From contig CAVVMQ010000007.1 in assembly GCA_963749295.1 (NCBI GenBank), forward strand, positions 17,708 through 81,707: a stretch of DNA of 64,000 nucleotides, written 5' to 3'. A program made the position numbers and the translations under genes. A model generated the notes under the pieces. That model did not search any database and was not told the DNA's origin. It saw only the letters and a list, made by a program, of their open reading frames with translations. Below, piece by piece: positions 46,834 through 56,027 of this stretch. Numbering within the stretch: position 1 is the stretch's first letter; each line of letters opens with the position of its first letter. The DNA comes from an uncultured Acidobacteriaceae bacterium (lineage in GTDB: Bacteria > Acidobacteriota > Terriglobia > Terriglobales > Acidobacteriaceae).

Positions 46834-48864
46834 ATGGCAATGAATAACGAACAGGACAAGCGACGCCGCGCGAAGCAGGTGGAAGCCCGCGAGTGGTGGC
46901 TGTGGGGATTTGCCGTCACAGTTACATTAGTGCTGACGGCCGGCATCGTGTCTCTCACCTTTTCCGGCACGCATCTCCTGAAGAACGCCGAGTGGTTGGA
47001 TCTCAAAGAATGGGTACGCGGGCTGGCATGTCTTGTTCTTCTCTTCGACGTCTACACGGTCTACCAGCAATTGCAGCTTCAACGAATGCGTCGCGAACTG
47101 ACCCAGCGCAATCAGCTTTTTGAAGTCATTACCGAGAATGCCGCCGACATGATCGCGGTCATCGATGCCGCCGGCAATCGGCTCTATAACAGCCCTGCGT
47201 ATCAGAAAGTTCTCGGGTATTCTTCGGAGGAGTTGAAGGCGACTTCGTCAGTAGATCAAATTCATCCCGAGGATCGGCAGCGGGTGATGGAAGCGGCGGA
47301 GAAAGCTCGGCTCACTGGGCGAGGAGAGCGGCTGGAATACCGCATTCATCACAAGGATGGAACGTGGCGCATTCTCGAATCGCTAGCGACTGCGATTCCA
47401 AATGAAAAGGGTGAGACCGAGAAACTGGTCATCGTTAATCGTGATATCACGGACCGCAAGCGGGCGGAAGAGGCGCTCGCCCACAATGCTTTGCATGATA
47501 CTCTGACCAACCTGCCGAACCGCAGCCTGTTTCTGGATCGCGTGCGGCATGTACTTGCGCTTTCCCAGAGGCACACCAGCTACAAATTCGCTGTGCTGTT
47601 CATCGATCTCGATGAATTCAAGGTTTTTAACGACAGCCTGGGCCACGCCGCAGGAGACGCCCTTCTTTTGCAGGTTGCCCGCCGATTGAGCGTTTCCATT
47701 CGCGGCGTGGATACGATTTCGCGCCCGGGATTAGCCGGAGGCACAACCACTTTCGCCAGCGAAGAGACTCTGGCCAGACTGGGCGGCGATGAATTCACCA
47801 TTCTGTTGGAGGACATCAGAGATTGCGGCGACGCCATCCGCGTAGCCGAGCGCATTCAGGAGCGGTTGGCTATTCCCCTTGTTCTGCAGGGACAAGAGGT
47901 CGTGACCAGCGCCAGTATCGGAATTGCCTTTTGCTCAACTTCCTACATCAATTCGGAAGATTTGGTGCGCGATGCCGAAATAGCAATGTACCGGGCCAAG
48001 CGGGAAGGTAAGGCACGCTGTCAGGTTTTCGATAATGCGATGCACACTTCCGCCGTCAAGCGATTGAGCCTGGAAACTGATTTACGCCGGGCTCTGGAAA
48101 TGGGCGAATTCCGCGTGCACTATCAGCCCATTGTTTCGTTGCAGAGCGGAAAGATTGCCGGCTTCGAGGCACTCAGCAGATGGCAGCGGCCTGAAGGCCT
48201 CCTGTCGCCTGCGCACTTCATCCAGATCGCTGAGGAAACCGGAATTATCCTGCCCATGAACCGTCTGTTGCTGCGCGAAGCCTGCCTCCAGCTTCGTGCG
48301 TGGCACGCTCAGTTTCCTTGCGATCCGCCGCTGACCATGAGCGTGAACGTCACCCCCAGAGAATTTGCCCAGCCGGACTTGGCGGCTCAGATGGGAACGA
48401 TTCTGGCCGAGGTTGGGATCGACCCAGGCTGTATCAACGTGGAGATCACGGAAACCATCGCCATGGCCGACCCGGCACGATCAAATATCGTTCTCTCGGA
48501 ACTGAAGGCCTTGGGAGTTCACCTGAGTATCGACGACTTCGGCACCGGCTACTCTTCACTGAGCCGATTGCAAGGATTGCCGGTGGATACCTTGAAGATT
48601 GATCGCGCCTTCATTTCCAAGATGGAAACCGACAGCGAAACCGGCGAGATCGTGCGCATCATCATTATGCTGGCGAAAAGCCTTGGACTGAAGGTCGTTG
48701 CCGAGGGCGCCGAAAATGCGGAGCAGGTCAACCTGCTCAAGCAGTTGAAGTGCGAACTCGTGCAAGGATACTTCTTCGCCCGCCCCGGAGACCACAACGC
48801 GGCCGAGGCACTTTTAATGAAAAGCGCCTGGGTAGAAGCCCTGCCGTCACCCCCAGTCATTTAG
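46834..48864 (+). CDS. membrane-anchored PAS-GGDEF-EAL cyclic-di-GMP signalling protein
   Basis: 2 TM segments, a PAS domain (ITENAADMIAVID...), RLGGDEFTILL, and the EAL motifs EALSRW and DDFGTGYSSLS. Confidence 0.9.
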   Translation: MAMNNEQDKRRRAKQVEAREWWLWGFAVTVTLVLTAGIVSLTFSGTHLLKNAEWLDLKEWVRGLACLVLLFDVYTVYQQLQLQRMRRELTQRNQLFEVITENAADMIAVIDAAGNRLYNSPAYQKVLGYSSEELKATSSVDQIHPEDRQRVMEAAEKARLTGRGERLEYRIHHKDGTWRILESLATAIPNEKGETEKLVIVNRDITDRKRAEEALAHNALHDTLTNLPNRSLFLDRVRHVLALSQRHTSYKFAVLFIDLDEFKVFNDSLGHAAGDALLLQVARRLSVSIRGVDTISRPGLAGGTTTFASEETLARLGGDEFTILLEDIRDCGDAIRVAERIQERLAIPLVLQGQEVVTSASIGIAFCSTSYINSEDLVRDAEIAMYRAKREGKARCQVFDNAMHTSAVKRLSLETDLRRALEMGEFRVHYQPIVSLQSGKIAGFEALSRWQRPEGLLSPAHFIQIAEETGIILPMNRLLLREACLQLRAWHAQFPCDPPLTMSVNVTPREFAQPDLAAQMGTILAEVGIDPGCINVEITETIAMADPARSNIVLSELKALGVHLSIDDFGTGYSSLSRLQGLPVDTLKIDRAFISKMETDSETGEIVRIIIMLAKSLGLKVVAEGAENAEQVNLLKQLKCELVQGYFFARPGDHNAAEALLMKSAWVEALPSPPVI

Positions 48865-48995
48865 TGGCCGTCGCCGTCCGCGGCAGCTGGAAAACTTAAA
48901 CAGAAGACGCACTCGCGCCGCCTCAGGACACACACCAATCAGAACTCGCGTTGCTCTGCCTCGCTAACCAGCGTGAGATAATGACGCTACATCGC

Positions 48996-49072
48996 GGCCC
49001 CGTAGCTCAGTTGGATAGAGCAGCGGTTTCCTAAACCGTTGGTCGGCGGTTCGACTCCGCCCGGGGCCCCCA
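48996..49072 (+). tRNA. tRNA-Arg (anticodon CCU), CCA encoded
   Basis: Manual cloverleaf: acceptor GGCCCCG/CGGGGCC, D arm GCTC-AGTTGGATA-GAGC, anticodon arm GCGGT-TTCCTAA-ACCGT, T arm GGCGG-TTCGACT-CCGCC, discriminator C, then CCA. Confidence 0.9.
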
Positions 49073-49322
49073 CGATCTCAGTCACATGCGTGGTTACTAT
49101 CGATTGGCTTGCTCTCGATTTCAAGTGGCTGCACCGATTGTTGTGCTATAATGATTCTCAACGCTACTGCCACGGTTTGCTCGTGACGCGGTGATCCTGT
49201 TGGATCAAGATTCATCTCCGCCTTCCTGCCCGCCGTTTATTCAGCGTAAATCAAAACATAAGAGCGGCATAGGAACTCACTACACGTGTACACATCAGGC
49301 CCCTCCAGAAAGACAATTACGA

Positions 49323-50519
49323 ATGACAAGCTTTACAGATCTACCGTTATCTTCTGCTTTGCAGCAGAGGCTGGCGACGGCTCAATTCATTATCCCTACG
49401 CCCATTCAGGCGCAGGCTATTCCTTACGCCCTTGAGGGCAAGGACGTGCTGGCTACGGCGCAGACCGGAACCGGCAAGACGCTGGCGTTTCTGATTCCGA
49501 TCATCGAAATGCTGCAGCGCGAACCTTCGCAGAAAGTCCGCGTGCTGGTTTTACTGCCCACTCGCGAGCTGGCGATTCAGGTCAACGAAGAATACGAAAA
49601 ACTGCGCGGCCGGGAACTATCGAAGGCGGCGCTGGTAATCGGCGGTGTCTCCGAGAAGGCGCAGATTCAGGCGGTGCGCGGCGGGTCAAGCCTGGTGGTT
49701 GCAACTCCGGGCCGCTTGCAGGATTTCATCAGCCGCAAACTGATTGACCTGCGCGAAGTCAAAATCCTGGTGCTTGACGAAGCCGACCGGATGCTCGACA
49801 TGGGCTTTCTGCCCGCGATCCGGCGGATTCTGGCGATCCTGCCGCAACGCCGGCAGACGCTGTGCTTCTCGGCCACCATGGAGCAATCGGTCGCCGGCCT
49901 GGTGAACGATTCCATGCGCGATCCCGTGCGCGTGGCGGTTGGTTCGGTGCTGAAGCCGGTGGAGAGCGTCCGCCTGCAAGCTTACGAAGTGCGTCCCGCG
50001 GAGAAGCCCGATGTGCTGCGGCAGTTGCTCTATGCCGAAAAAGGACAGACGCTGATCTTTGCCCGCACCAAGCGCGGCACCGAACGACTGGCCCAAGAAT
50101 TGGTCCGCGAAGGCTTCTCCGCGGCGATGATTCACGGCGACCGCTCGCAGTCGCAACGCAACGGGGCACTCAGTGGATTTCAGCAGGGACGCTTCCAAAT
50201 ACTGGTCGCAACCGACGTGGCCGCGCGTGGTTTGCACATTGATGACGTGGCGCATGTGATCAACTACGACCTGCCCAAGATGGCGGAGGATTTCATCCAT
50301 CGCGTGGGACGCACGGGGCGCGCTGGGTCGGAAGGGCTGGCTACAAGTTTAGTGGCGGGCGGCGAAGTCATCGAATTGCGGCACATCGAGCGCACGCTAA
50401 AGTTGAAAATCGAACGCAAGCAGGTAGATTGGGCCAATGCGGAGCGGTCCGAGCATGTTGTCCAAAACACGCTGGCCAGCCGAACGCTAACGAAATTACC
50501 GGGCGAAGTATTCGCCTAA
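49323..50519 (+). CDS. DEAD-box ATP-dependent RNA helicase (RhlE-like)
   Basis: Q motif, AQTGTGKT, VLDEADRMLD, SAT, HRVGRTGRAG. The ATG at 49323 is preferred to the upstream ORF-track start. Confidence 0.9.
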   Translation: MTSFTDLPLSSALQQRLATAQFIIPTPIQAQAIPYALEGKDVLATAQTGTGKTLAFLIPIIEMLQREPSQKVRVLVLLPTRELAIQVNEEYEKLRGRELSKAALVIGGVSEKAQIQAVRGGSSLVVATPGRLQDFISRKLIDLREVKILVLDEADRMLDMGFLPAIRRILAILPQRRQTLCFSATMEQSVAGLVNDSMRDPVRVAVGSVLKPVESVRLQAYEVRPAEKPDVLRQLLYAEKGQTLIFARTKRGTERLAQELVREGFSAAMIHGDRSQSQRNGALSGFQQGRFQILVATDVAARGLHIDDVAHVINYDLPKMAEDFIHRVGRTGRAGSEGLATSLVAGGEVIELRHIERTLKLKIERKQVDWANAERSEHVVQNTLASRTLTKLPGEVFA

Positions 50520-50546
50520 CGCCGCAGTGGATTCGTTAAAGCTGAA

Positions 50547-50571
50547 GGGGCGCGTCATAGCGACGCGCCCC
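50547..50571. terminator. GC-rich hairpin between convergent genes (likely bidirectional terminator)
   Basis: ggggcgcgtc-atagc-gacgcgcccc, a perfect 10-bp stem, followed by aacatttt on the plus strand. Confidence 0.6.
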
Positions 50572-50617
50572 AACATTTTGGATCGATTTAATTGTTATAT
50601 CGATCTAGGTTGAAGGT

Positions 50618-50872
50618 TTACGGTTCGGTCTTCTCCGGCTCGCGCTCCCGCGGAATACTGGAAATATCGGCATCGTCCCCCAGTTGAAACAGCGCCGCTT
50701 GCTCGGCGGCGTGCCTTTGCAATTCATCCAAATCCAGTTCGTTCGAATCGCCCGGAGTCCCTAAGGGCTCGTCTTTGCGCTGGATACGGCGTTCGGCCTT
50801 GTCGCGCTGCTTCTGCTGGCGCGTGTGTTCCTTCTGGCGCTTGGTAAAACTTGATCGACCTCGTCCTGGCAT
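50618..50872 (-). CDS. small charged hypothetical protein (basic N-terminal half, acidic C-terminal half)
   Basis: The ATG at 50872 gives MPGRGRSSFTKRQKEHTRQQKQRDKAERR...; 84 aa. The upstream part of ORF 50618-51013 is not needed. Confidence 0.5.
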   Translation of the reverse strand: MPGRGRSSFTKRQKEHTRQQKQRDKAERRIQRKDEPLGTPGDSNELDLDELQRHAAEQAALFQLGDDADISSIPREREPEKTEP

Positions 50873-51031
50873 AGCAATCTCCAATCGTTTCTTGCTGATC
50901 GAACGTCCGCTCAGCGACGCAAAGCCGCTGTTGATTTTGCGGAGTTCGCGGCGCCCTTCGGCGCGCTTCGCTTGCTCAGGGCAGGCTAAGAACTGGAAGC
51001 CGCGCCCTTTCAAAACCCGTCGCAGGTCGAG

Positions 51032-51394
51032 CTACCAGCGGGGTTCCCGGGGCTGGCGTGCATGCCCCTGATAATCGTCGCGGCTGCCGCCGCCTCCGCC
51101 ACCGAAGCGCTTTCCACCTCCACCCGCGCCGCCGCCGCGCGGCGCATCGGTCTTCGGCTTCGCCTCGTTGATCTTCAGGGCGCGGCCGCCGAGTTCGGTC
51201 CCATTCAATGCGGCTACGGCCTTATCGGCTTCCGCCGCATTGGTCATTTCGACGAAGCCGAAGCCGCGGGCGCGCCCGGTCTCGCGGTCCGTGACAATGC
51301 TGACTTTCTCGACTGCGCCATGCGCCTCAAACAAGCCGCGCAGCTCTGGTTCGGTGGTGCTGTGAGGTAAGTTGCCGACGTAAAGATTCTTCAT
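51032..51394 (-). CDS. RRM-type RNA-binding protein with a Gly-rich tail
   Basis: RNP2 LYVGNL, RNP1 RGFGFVEM, and a GGGAGGGGKRFGGGGGG tail. The ATG overlaps the upstream stop (ATGA). Confidence 0.9.
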   Translation of the reverse strand: MKNLYVGNLPHSTTEPELRGLFEAHGAVEKVSIVTDRETGRARGFGFVEMTNAAEADKAVAALNGTELGGRALKINEAKPKTDAPRGGGAGGGGKRFGGGGGGSRDDYQGHARQPREPRW

Positions 51395-52095
51395 AGGAGT
51401 TCTTCTCTTTCTGTTTCGACTGCGCCTGTTTCCCCGGCAGCTGTTTCCGCGGCAGCTGTTTCTGCCGCAGCTATTGCTGCTGAGAATGTTTCTGCCGCGA
51501 CTGCTTCGGTTGCAAATAAGGGTTGAGGGGTGATGGGCGCCGGTGCGGAGTGCTGCTCGATGGCTTCGGCCCAGCGGGAAGGTCTCGGCGCTTCCCGAAG
51601 CGCGCGCGAACGAGCCTCGCTGACCGCGCGGACGCTGGAAATTTTCCGGCAAGCTTCCATGATTCCCCAGCGCTGCGAGGTAGCCGCCGCAGCCTGAGCG
51701 AGCAGGGCTGCGATCAACTCCTTGTGCAGGGCATCTGCGTCCGGCTCCGGCGGCGCTTCGTCAGAATGCGGCGCGGCCGCAAGGTACTCGGGACCGCCCA
51801 CGAAGAAAGCAATTCTCTGCGGAGGAGTGGCGCTGCGAAGGTCCGTGCAGAACTGATCGCGGCTGGCAGTTTCGCCGGCTGCGCTGATGAGCACCAGATT
51901 GTACAAATCCGCCCTCCACCAACAGCGCGCCTCGAGAACATCGGCCGCGCAATCCACGTCGATGCCAAGTCTTCGCATCACGTCGGCCCGCAGATCGCGT
52001 TTCGTCTGCGAGGTATCGAGCAGCAATACGCGCTTCCTTTTAGCCCCAATGCCATGCGGATTCGGCTCCGGCAATGCGACGACAGGTGTGGTCAT
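51391..52095 (-). CDS. REC-like (probable pseudo-receiver) protein with an Ala/Glu-rich repeat tail
   Basis: N-terminal KRVLLLDTS...YNLVLIS receiver-like fold, with Ser where the acceptor Asp is expected. The tail AAETFSAAIAAAETAAAETAAGETGAVETE is encoded by 3 x 15-nt repeats (51436-51480). Confidence 0.6.
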   Translation of the reverse strand: MTTPVVALPEPNPHGIGAKRKRVLLLDTSQTKRDLRADVMRRLGIDVDCAADVLEARCWWRADLYNLVLISAAGETASRDQFCTDLRSATPPQRIAFFVGGPEYLAAAPHSDEAPPEPDADALHKELIAALLAQAAAATSQRWGIMEACRKISSVRAVSEARSRALREAPRPSRWAEAIEQHSAPAPITPQPLFATEAVAAETFSAAIAAAETAAAETAAGETGAVETEREELL

Positions 52096-52247
52096 GCTAC
52101 CTTCTCTTTGGCGTTGCCTTGCGCTGCCGGGGCCACCAGGTTTTTCTCAGCCAGCGCCTTCAACATTTTCTGATTGCTCTGGCGGCGGCTGATCTTCTGC
52201 CTGCGCCGCCGGTTAAATCTGGCTTTGTCGCCGTTGACTCCGGACAT
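52092..52247 (-). CDS. 51-aa basic micro-protein (below the ORF-track size cutoff)
   Basis: Manual translation: MSGVNGDKARFNRRRRQKISRRQSNQKMLKALAEKNLVAPAAQGNAKEKVA. SD AGGAG lies 7 nt upstream of the ATG at 52247. Its TGA overlaps the next ATG (gcATGAcc). Confidence 0.5.
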   Translation of the reverse strand: MSGVNGDKARFNRRRRQKISRRQSNQKMLKALAEKNLVAPAAQGNAKEKVA

Positions 52248-52613
52248 GTTTATCTCCTGCCTTGTGGGCTGATTATCGTAGACGCCTGGCTGTCGCGATG
52301 TTCTTGTTGCGCCCAGGCGTCGCAGTTACGAGCATCCCGCGTTCCCGCTACGAGCGAGCCGCAGCATCGGCCAGACCGCATGGCCGTTCCTTGAAGCCGA
52401 TGCTTTGGGATTGCAGGGTCTGGCTTTCGCAGGTTCTCAGATTCGACACGTCGTTCGCCTTTCAGGGAATTTCTCAATCGCGAAGGCGCAACGTGCTGTC
52501 AGGGTGTCTTCGAGGTCAAGGTCTTCAGTATACGCTGCATCCGCCGATATTGCTCGGGTTTTGCCTGACTGCAAAGCACCGAAGGTCAGGCAATCCACGA
52601 ACCCGGATGAAAC

Positions 52614-53303
52614 TCAGGGCTGCGAAGGGCTGACGCTGCCGGGCTTGGAACCTTTGCACAGCAGCAGGCAGAGCGCCACCGCTCCTCCGGCTGCGCCGCC
52701 AATCTCGAGCCACTTGGTATTCAGCCCGTTGCCTGCCCCTGCGGGCCGCGACTCCGCTCCGCAAGTCGCCGCCACGTCGCGGGTTGCCTGCTCTCCTTCA
52801 TGCACCACGGCGGATTGAGCAGAGTTGCTCGCCGGCATTGCTTTTCGCCATGCACCTATTTGCGTGATTTTCACATCGTCCTTTTGAACTGCAACTTTCA
52901 CTGTGCCGCTGAGGTTGGTCGTGTCGTACTGCGTCCGCTCGTTCCCAGCGGGCTCGACCTTGATGCAGTTCACGCGCACGCTCATCGCCGTGGAAGTGCC
53001 CACGGATACGCCTCCGTGCTCCAGGCTCAGCGAGTTGCCCCGGAACTTCACCACCGACTCCGGCTGAATAAGAACCGACGACCCTTCCGCATCGAGGTTG
53101 GCGACGGAGCCGGGTTTGGTCTCCAGCAAATCGCCAGGAAAGATGGCTGTGGCGTCCGCCACTTCAGCGCCGTTCACCCATACTCCACCCTTGCTATGCA
53201 CAACTGCAGCGCTGGTGGTGGTCGCGTCCCCTGCCAGCAGCGACAGCGGGCACAACACAACCATCACCCAGCAAATAGAATTGTATGAAACAGGCACGCG
53301 CAT
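52614..53303 (-). CDS. FecR-domain-like secreted protein with a C-terminal anchor (paralog B)
   Basis: Same architecture as 43158-43829: GGVWVNG...AIFPGDLLETKPGSVANLDAEGSSVLIQPESVVKF, VRVNC, HEGEQATRD, and a hydrophobic segment plus CKGSKPGSVSPSQP tail. Confidence 0.65.
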   Translation of the reverse strand: MRVPVSYNSICWVMVVLCPLSLLAGDATTTSAAVVHSKGGVWVNGAEVADATAIFPGDLLETKPGSVANLDAEGSSVLIQPESVVKFRGNSLSLEHGGVSVGTSTAMSVRVNCIKVEPAGNERTQYDTTNLSGTVKVAVQKDDVKITQIGAWRKAMPASNSAQSAVVHEGEQATRDVAATCGAESRPAGAGNGLNTKWLEIGGAAGGAVALCLLLCKGSKPGSVSPSQP

Positions 53304-53483
53304 AACCGAACCGAATTTCCACAGCAGACTTCAACCTGATCGTAGTGGCAGGGAGTGAGGTCGTCTATTAGCTCTCTGGATGCCGGTTGAGCAACAATAT
53401 TTGCTCAGGTTGCCGGGCTGGGCTGCGCCCTGCTTGCGAACTCCGGTATGCTGGGCGGACACGATTTGATGAAGCTCCAAACG

Positions 53484-53511
53484 TGGGTTGCAGAAGATGG
53501 GTTGCAGAAAA
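53484..53511. repeat. tandem duplication tgggttgcagaa(ga/aa) x2 spanning the ABC ATPase start codon
   Basis: Period 14. Copy 1 begins (g)TGGGTTGCAGAA and copy 2 begins (a)TGGGTTGCAGAA, so a GTG/ATG start context is duplicated. Confidence 0.9.
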
Positions 53512-54291
53512 GAACCAAATCTCGCCGGGGGTCCGGTGATCGAATTTTGCGACGTGGTCTACGCGCTGCCCGGCGGTCAGCAGCTGCTTTCTGGGCTGAA
53601 TCTGCAGGTGCAACGCGGCGAGACTTTGGTCTTGCTGGGGCGCAGTGGTTCGGGAAAAACTACCACGCTGAAACTGATCAACCGGCTGTTAGCTCCCTCG
53701 GGCGGGGAAGTGCGCGTGAATGGCGCGCCCACTGCGGGGGGCGACGTCATTCGCTTGCGTCGCAGCATCGGGTATGTCATCCAGGATGTAGGCTTGTTCC
53801 CGCATTACAACGTGGAACGAAATATTGGCCTTGTTCCGCGCATCGAAGGCTGGCCCCCCGAACGGATCCATCGCCGCGTCGAGGAATTGTTGCAGATGGT
53901 TGGGCTGGAGGCGAACTTGGCTTCGCGCTATCCCCACCAGCTTTCGGGCGGGCAGCGGCAACGCGTGGGAGTGGCTCGGGCGCTGGCCGCCGATCCCGCG
54001 ATCCTGCTGATGGATGAGCCCTTCGGCGCGCTCGACGCCATCACACGCGACGAACTCCAGCGCGAGTTTCTTTCGCTTCAACAGCGGCTGGGCAAGACCG
54101 TGGTCTTCGTCACGCACGACCTGCGCGAGGCATTGCTGCTCGGTTCGCGCGTCGCTCTGATGGAAACCGGAAGGCTGGTCACGGTTCTTTCTCCAAAGGA
54201 TTTCTTGCAATCAACTGATCCGTTAGCCTCTGCCTATGTGCGGGCTTTCGGAGGCGGACTGGACTCGGCACTAAATCGAGGCGCCTCATGA
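53497..54291 (+). CDS. osmoprotectant (glycine betaine/choline-type) ABC transporter ATP-binding protein
   Basis: Walker A GRSGSGKTT, signature LSGGQRQR, Walker B LLMDEPF. ATGA overlap with the permease gene. Confidence 0.9.
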   Translation: MGCRKEPNLAGGPVIEFCDVVYALPGGQQLLSGLNLQVQRGETLVLLGRSGSGKTTTLKLINRLLAPSGGEVRVNGAPTAGGDVIRLRRSIGYVIQDVGLFPHYNVERNIGLVPRIEGWPPERIHRRVEELLQMVGLEANLASRYPHQLSGGQRQRVGVARALAADPAILLMDEPFGALDAITRDELQREFLSLQQRLGKTVVFVTHDLREALLLGSRVALMETGRLVTVLSPKDFLQSTDPLASAYVRAFGGGLDSALNRGAS

Positions 54292-54920
54292 ACCTCTTTC
54301 ACTTCCTGTTGCAAAACCGTGAACAGGTGCTGGAACTCACACTGGAACACCTCTGGCTGGTCGGCGTCTCGACGCTGCTCGCGGTGCTGATCGGTATACC
54401 TCTGGGCATAGTAAGCGCGCACTGGCCGTTATGGAACAAGCCGGTGCTGGGAACAGCGAACATTATTCAGACGATTCCAAGTCTCGCCCTCTTTGGATTT
54501 TTGCTGCCGGTGCCATGGCTCGGCGATCGTGCCGATCGCCTGGCGATTCTCGCGCTGACTCTGTACGCGCTGCTGCCCGTAATACGGAACACCTACACTG
54601 GCATCCGCGGAGTCGATCCCGCCATAGTCGAAGCTGGGCGCGGGATGGGACTCACCGACCGCCAGCTCCTGTTTCAAGTAGAGCTGCCGCTGGCTGTGAG
54701 CGTGATCCTCTCCGGCGTACGCGTGGCGGTCGTCGTCTCCGTAGGACTCGCGACCATCGCTGCCGCGATCGGCGCCGGAGGCCTTGGCGAATTTATTTTT
54801 CGCGGTCTTGCCATGGTGAACAACCAGCTAATTCTCGCGGGAGCGATTCCCGCCGCGGTTCTGGCGCTGTCGGCGGATTTCGGATTGGGATGGCTGGAGA
54901 AGCGTTTGCGCCCACGATGA
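54288..54920 (+). CDS. osmoprotectant ABC transporter permease
   Basis: BPD-type permease with about 5 TM segments and an EAGRGMGLTDRQLLFQVELP (EAA loop). Confidence 0.9.
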   Translation: MNLFHFLLQNREQVLELTLEHLWLVGVSTLLAVLIGIPLGIVSAHWPLWNKPVLGTANIIQTIPSLALFGFLLPVPWLGDRADRLAILALTLYALLPVIRNTYTGIRGVDPAIVEAGRGMGLTDRQLLFQVELPLAVSVILSGVRVAVVVSVGLATIAAAIGAGGLGEFIFRGLAMVNNQLILAGAIPAAVLALSADFGLGWLEKRLRPR

Positions 54921-55846
54921 AACGGGATGGGCAAAGAGATCGTCGCGGTCGTTTCCAAGCAGGGCAGTGCAGTTTGGTCTGCGTCATTCTCATGGCCCTG
55001 CTGTTGTCCTCGTGTGCGTCTTCTCATTCCGATCGCATTGTAATCGGCTCCAAAAACTTTACCGAGTCGCTGATCCTCGGTGAACTCCTGGCCCAGCAGA
55101 TTGAAGCGCACACGCATTTGAAAGTGGAGCGCCGCTTCTATCTCGCCGGAACTTACATTTGCCAGCAGTCGCTGCTGGCCGGGCGCATCGACATCTATCC
55201 CGAATACACCGGAACTGCGTTGACCGCGATCCTCAAGCAGAAAGTTGGCGGCGATAAGGCCGATGTCTACCAGCGGGTCAAGAATGAATATGAAGCGCGC
55301 CTCGGCCTTACACTCGGCCCGCCGTTCGGTTTCAACGACACCTTTGCCATGGAAATTCGTGGCGACGATGCGCGCCGCCTGGGCATCAAAACTTTATCGC
55401 AGGCCGCGGCATTCGCTCCGCAATGGCGAGCCGGCTTCGGCTACGAATTCATGGAAAGGCCAGACGGTTACGCCGGACTGGCTACCGCTTATGGCTTGCA
55501 CTTCACCGCTGCGCCCCGAGTCATGGACCTGGGCCTGCTCGCCCCTGCGTTGAAGGATCGTCAGATTGACATAGCTGCCGGCAATACTACCGACGGACTA
55601 ATTCCGGCGCTGGATTTGTTCGTGCTCGAAGACGACCGCCACTATTTTCCTCCTTACGAAGCGGTCGCGGTTGTCCGCCAGCAGACCGAGCAGCAGCATC
55701 CCGAAGTTGCCCAAGCCATTGCCGAGTTAGGCAGCAAGATTTCCGATCAGGAAATGCAGCAACTCAATTACGCTCTCGATGGCCAGCGCCGCGACGTGAA
55801 AGATGTAGCGCACGAATTCCTGAGAAGCAAGGGGCTGGTCCACTGA
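54917..55846 (+). CDS. glycine betaine/choline-type ABC substrate-binding lipoprotein (OpuAC-fold)
   Basis: The ATG at 54917 overlaps the permease stop (ATGA). Lipobox LLSSC. IVIGSKNFTESLILGEL...IDIYPEYTGT is typical of OpuBC/OsmX binders. Confidence 0.9.
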   Translation: MKRDGQRDRRGRFQAGQCSLVCVILMALLLSSCASSHSDRIVIGSKNFTESLILGELLAQQIEAHTHLKVERRFYLAGTYICQQSLLAGRIDIYPEYTGTALTAILKQKVGGDKADVYQRVKNEYEARLGLTLGPPFGFNDTFAMEIRGDDARRLGIKTLSQAAAFAPQWRAGFGYEFMERPDGYAGLATAYGLHFTAAPRVMDLGLLAPALKDRQIDIAAGNTTDGLIPALDLFVLEDDRHYFPPYEAVAVVRQQTEQQHPEVAQAIAELGSKISDQEMQQLNYALDGQRRDVKDVAHEFLRSKGLVH

Positions 55847-55852
55847 GGTCGT

Positions 55853-55925
55853 GTGGGGACAGCATTTGAGTTTGCGTAGGGACAGCCGCCTCGGCTGTCC
55901 AGCCCAGCGCAGCGAGGCGTCCTGC
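55853..55925. repeat. REP-like element gtggggac...gggacagccgcctcggctgtcc agcccagcgcagcgaggcg
   Basis: Hairpin ggacagccg-cc-tcggctgtcc. Related to the copy at 59378. Confidence 0.5.
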
Positions 55926-56027
55926 GACGAGACGGAGGGTGGAGCAGGCCTTCCAAGACCTGCGTCAAATGCGGTGATACTGGATCGGGCTTCAGCCCCC
56001 AAGTATCAAAGTTCAACCGTAAATAAT

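Noticed and set aside
48865-49322. tRNA-Arg flank considered as an integration hotspot or genomic island border
   Set aside because: No integrase gene, no direct repeat of the tRNA 3' end, and no compositional break were seen on either side.
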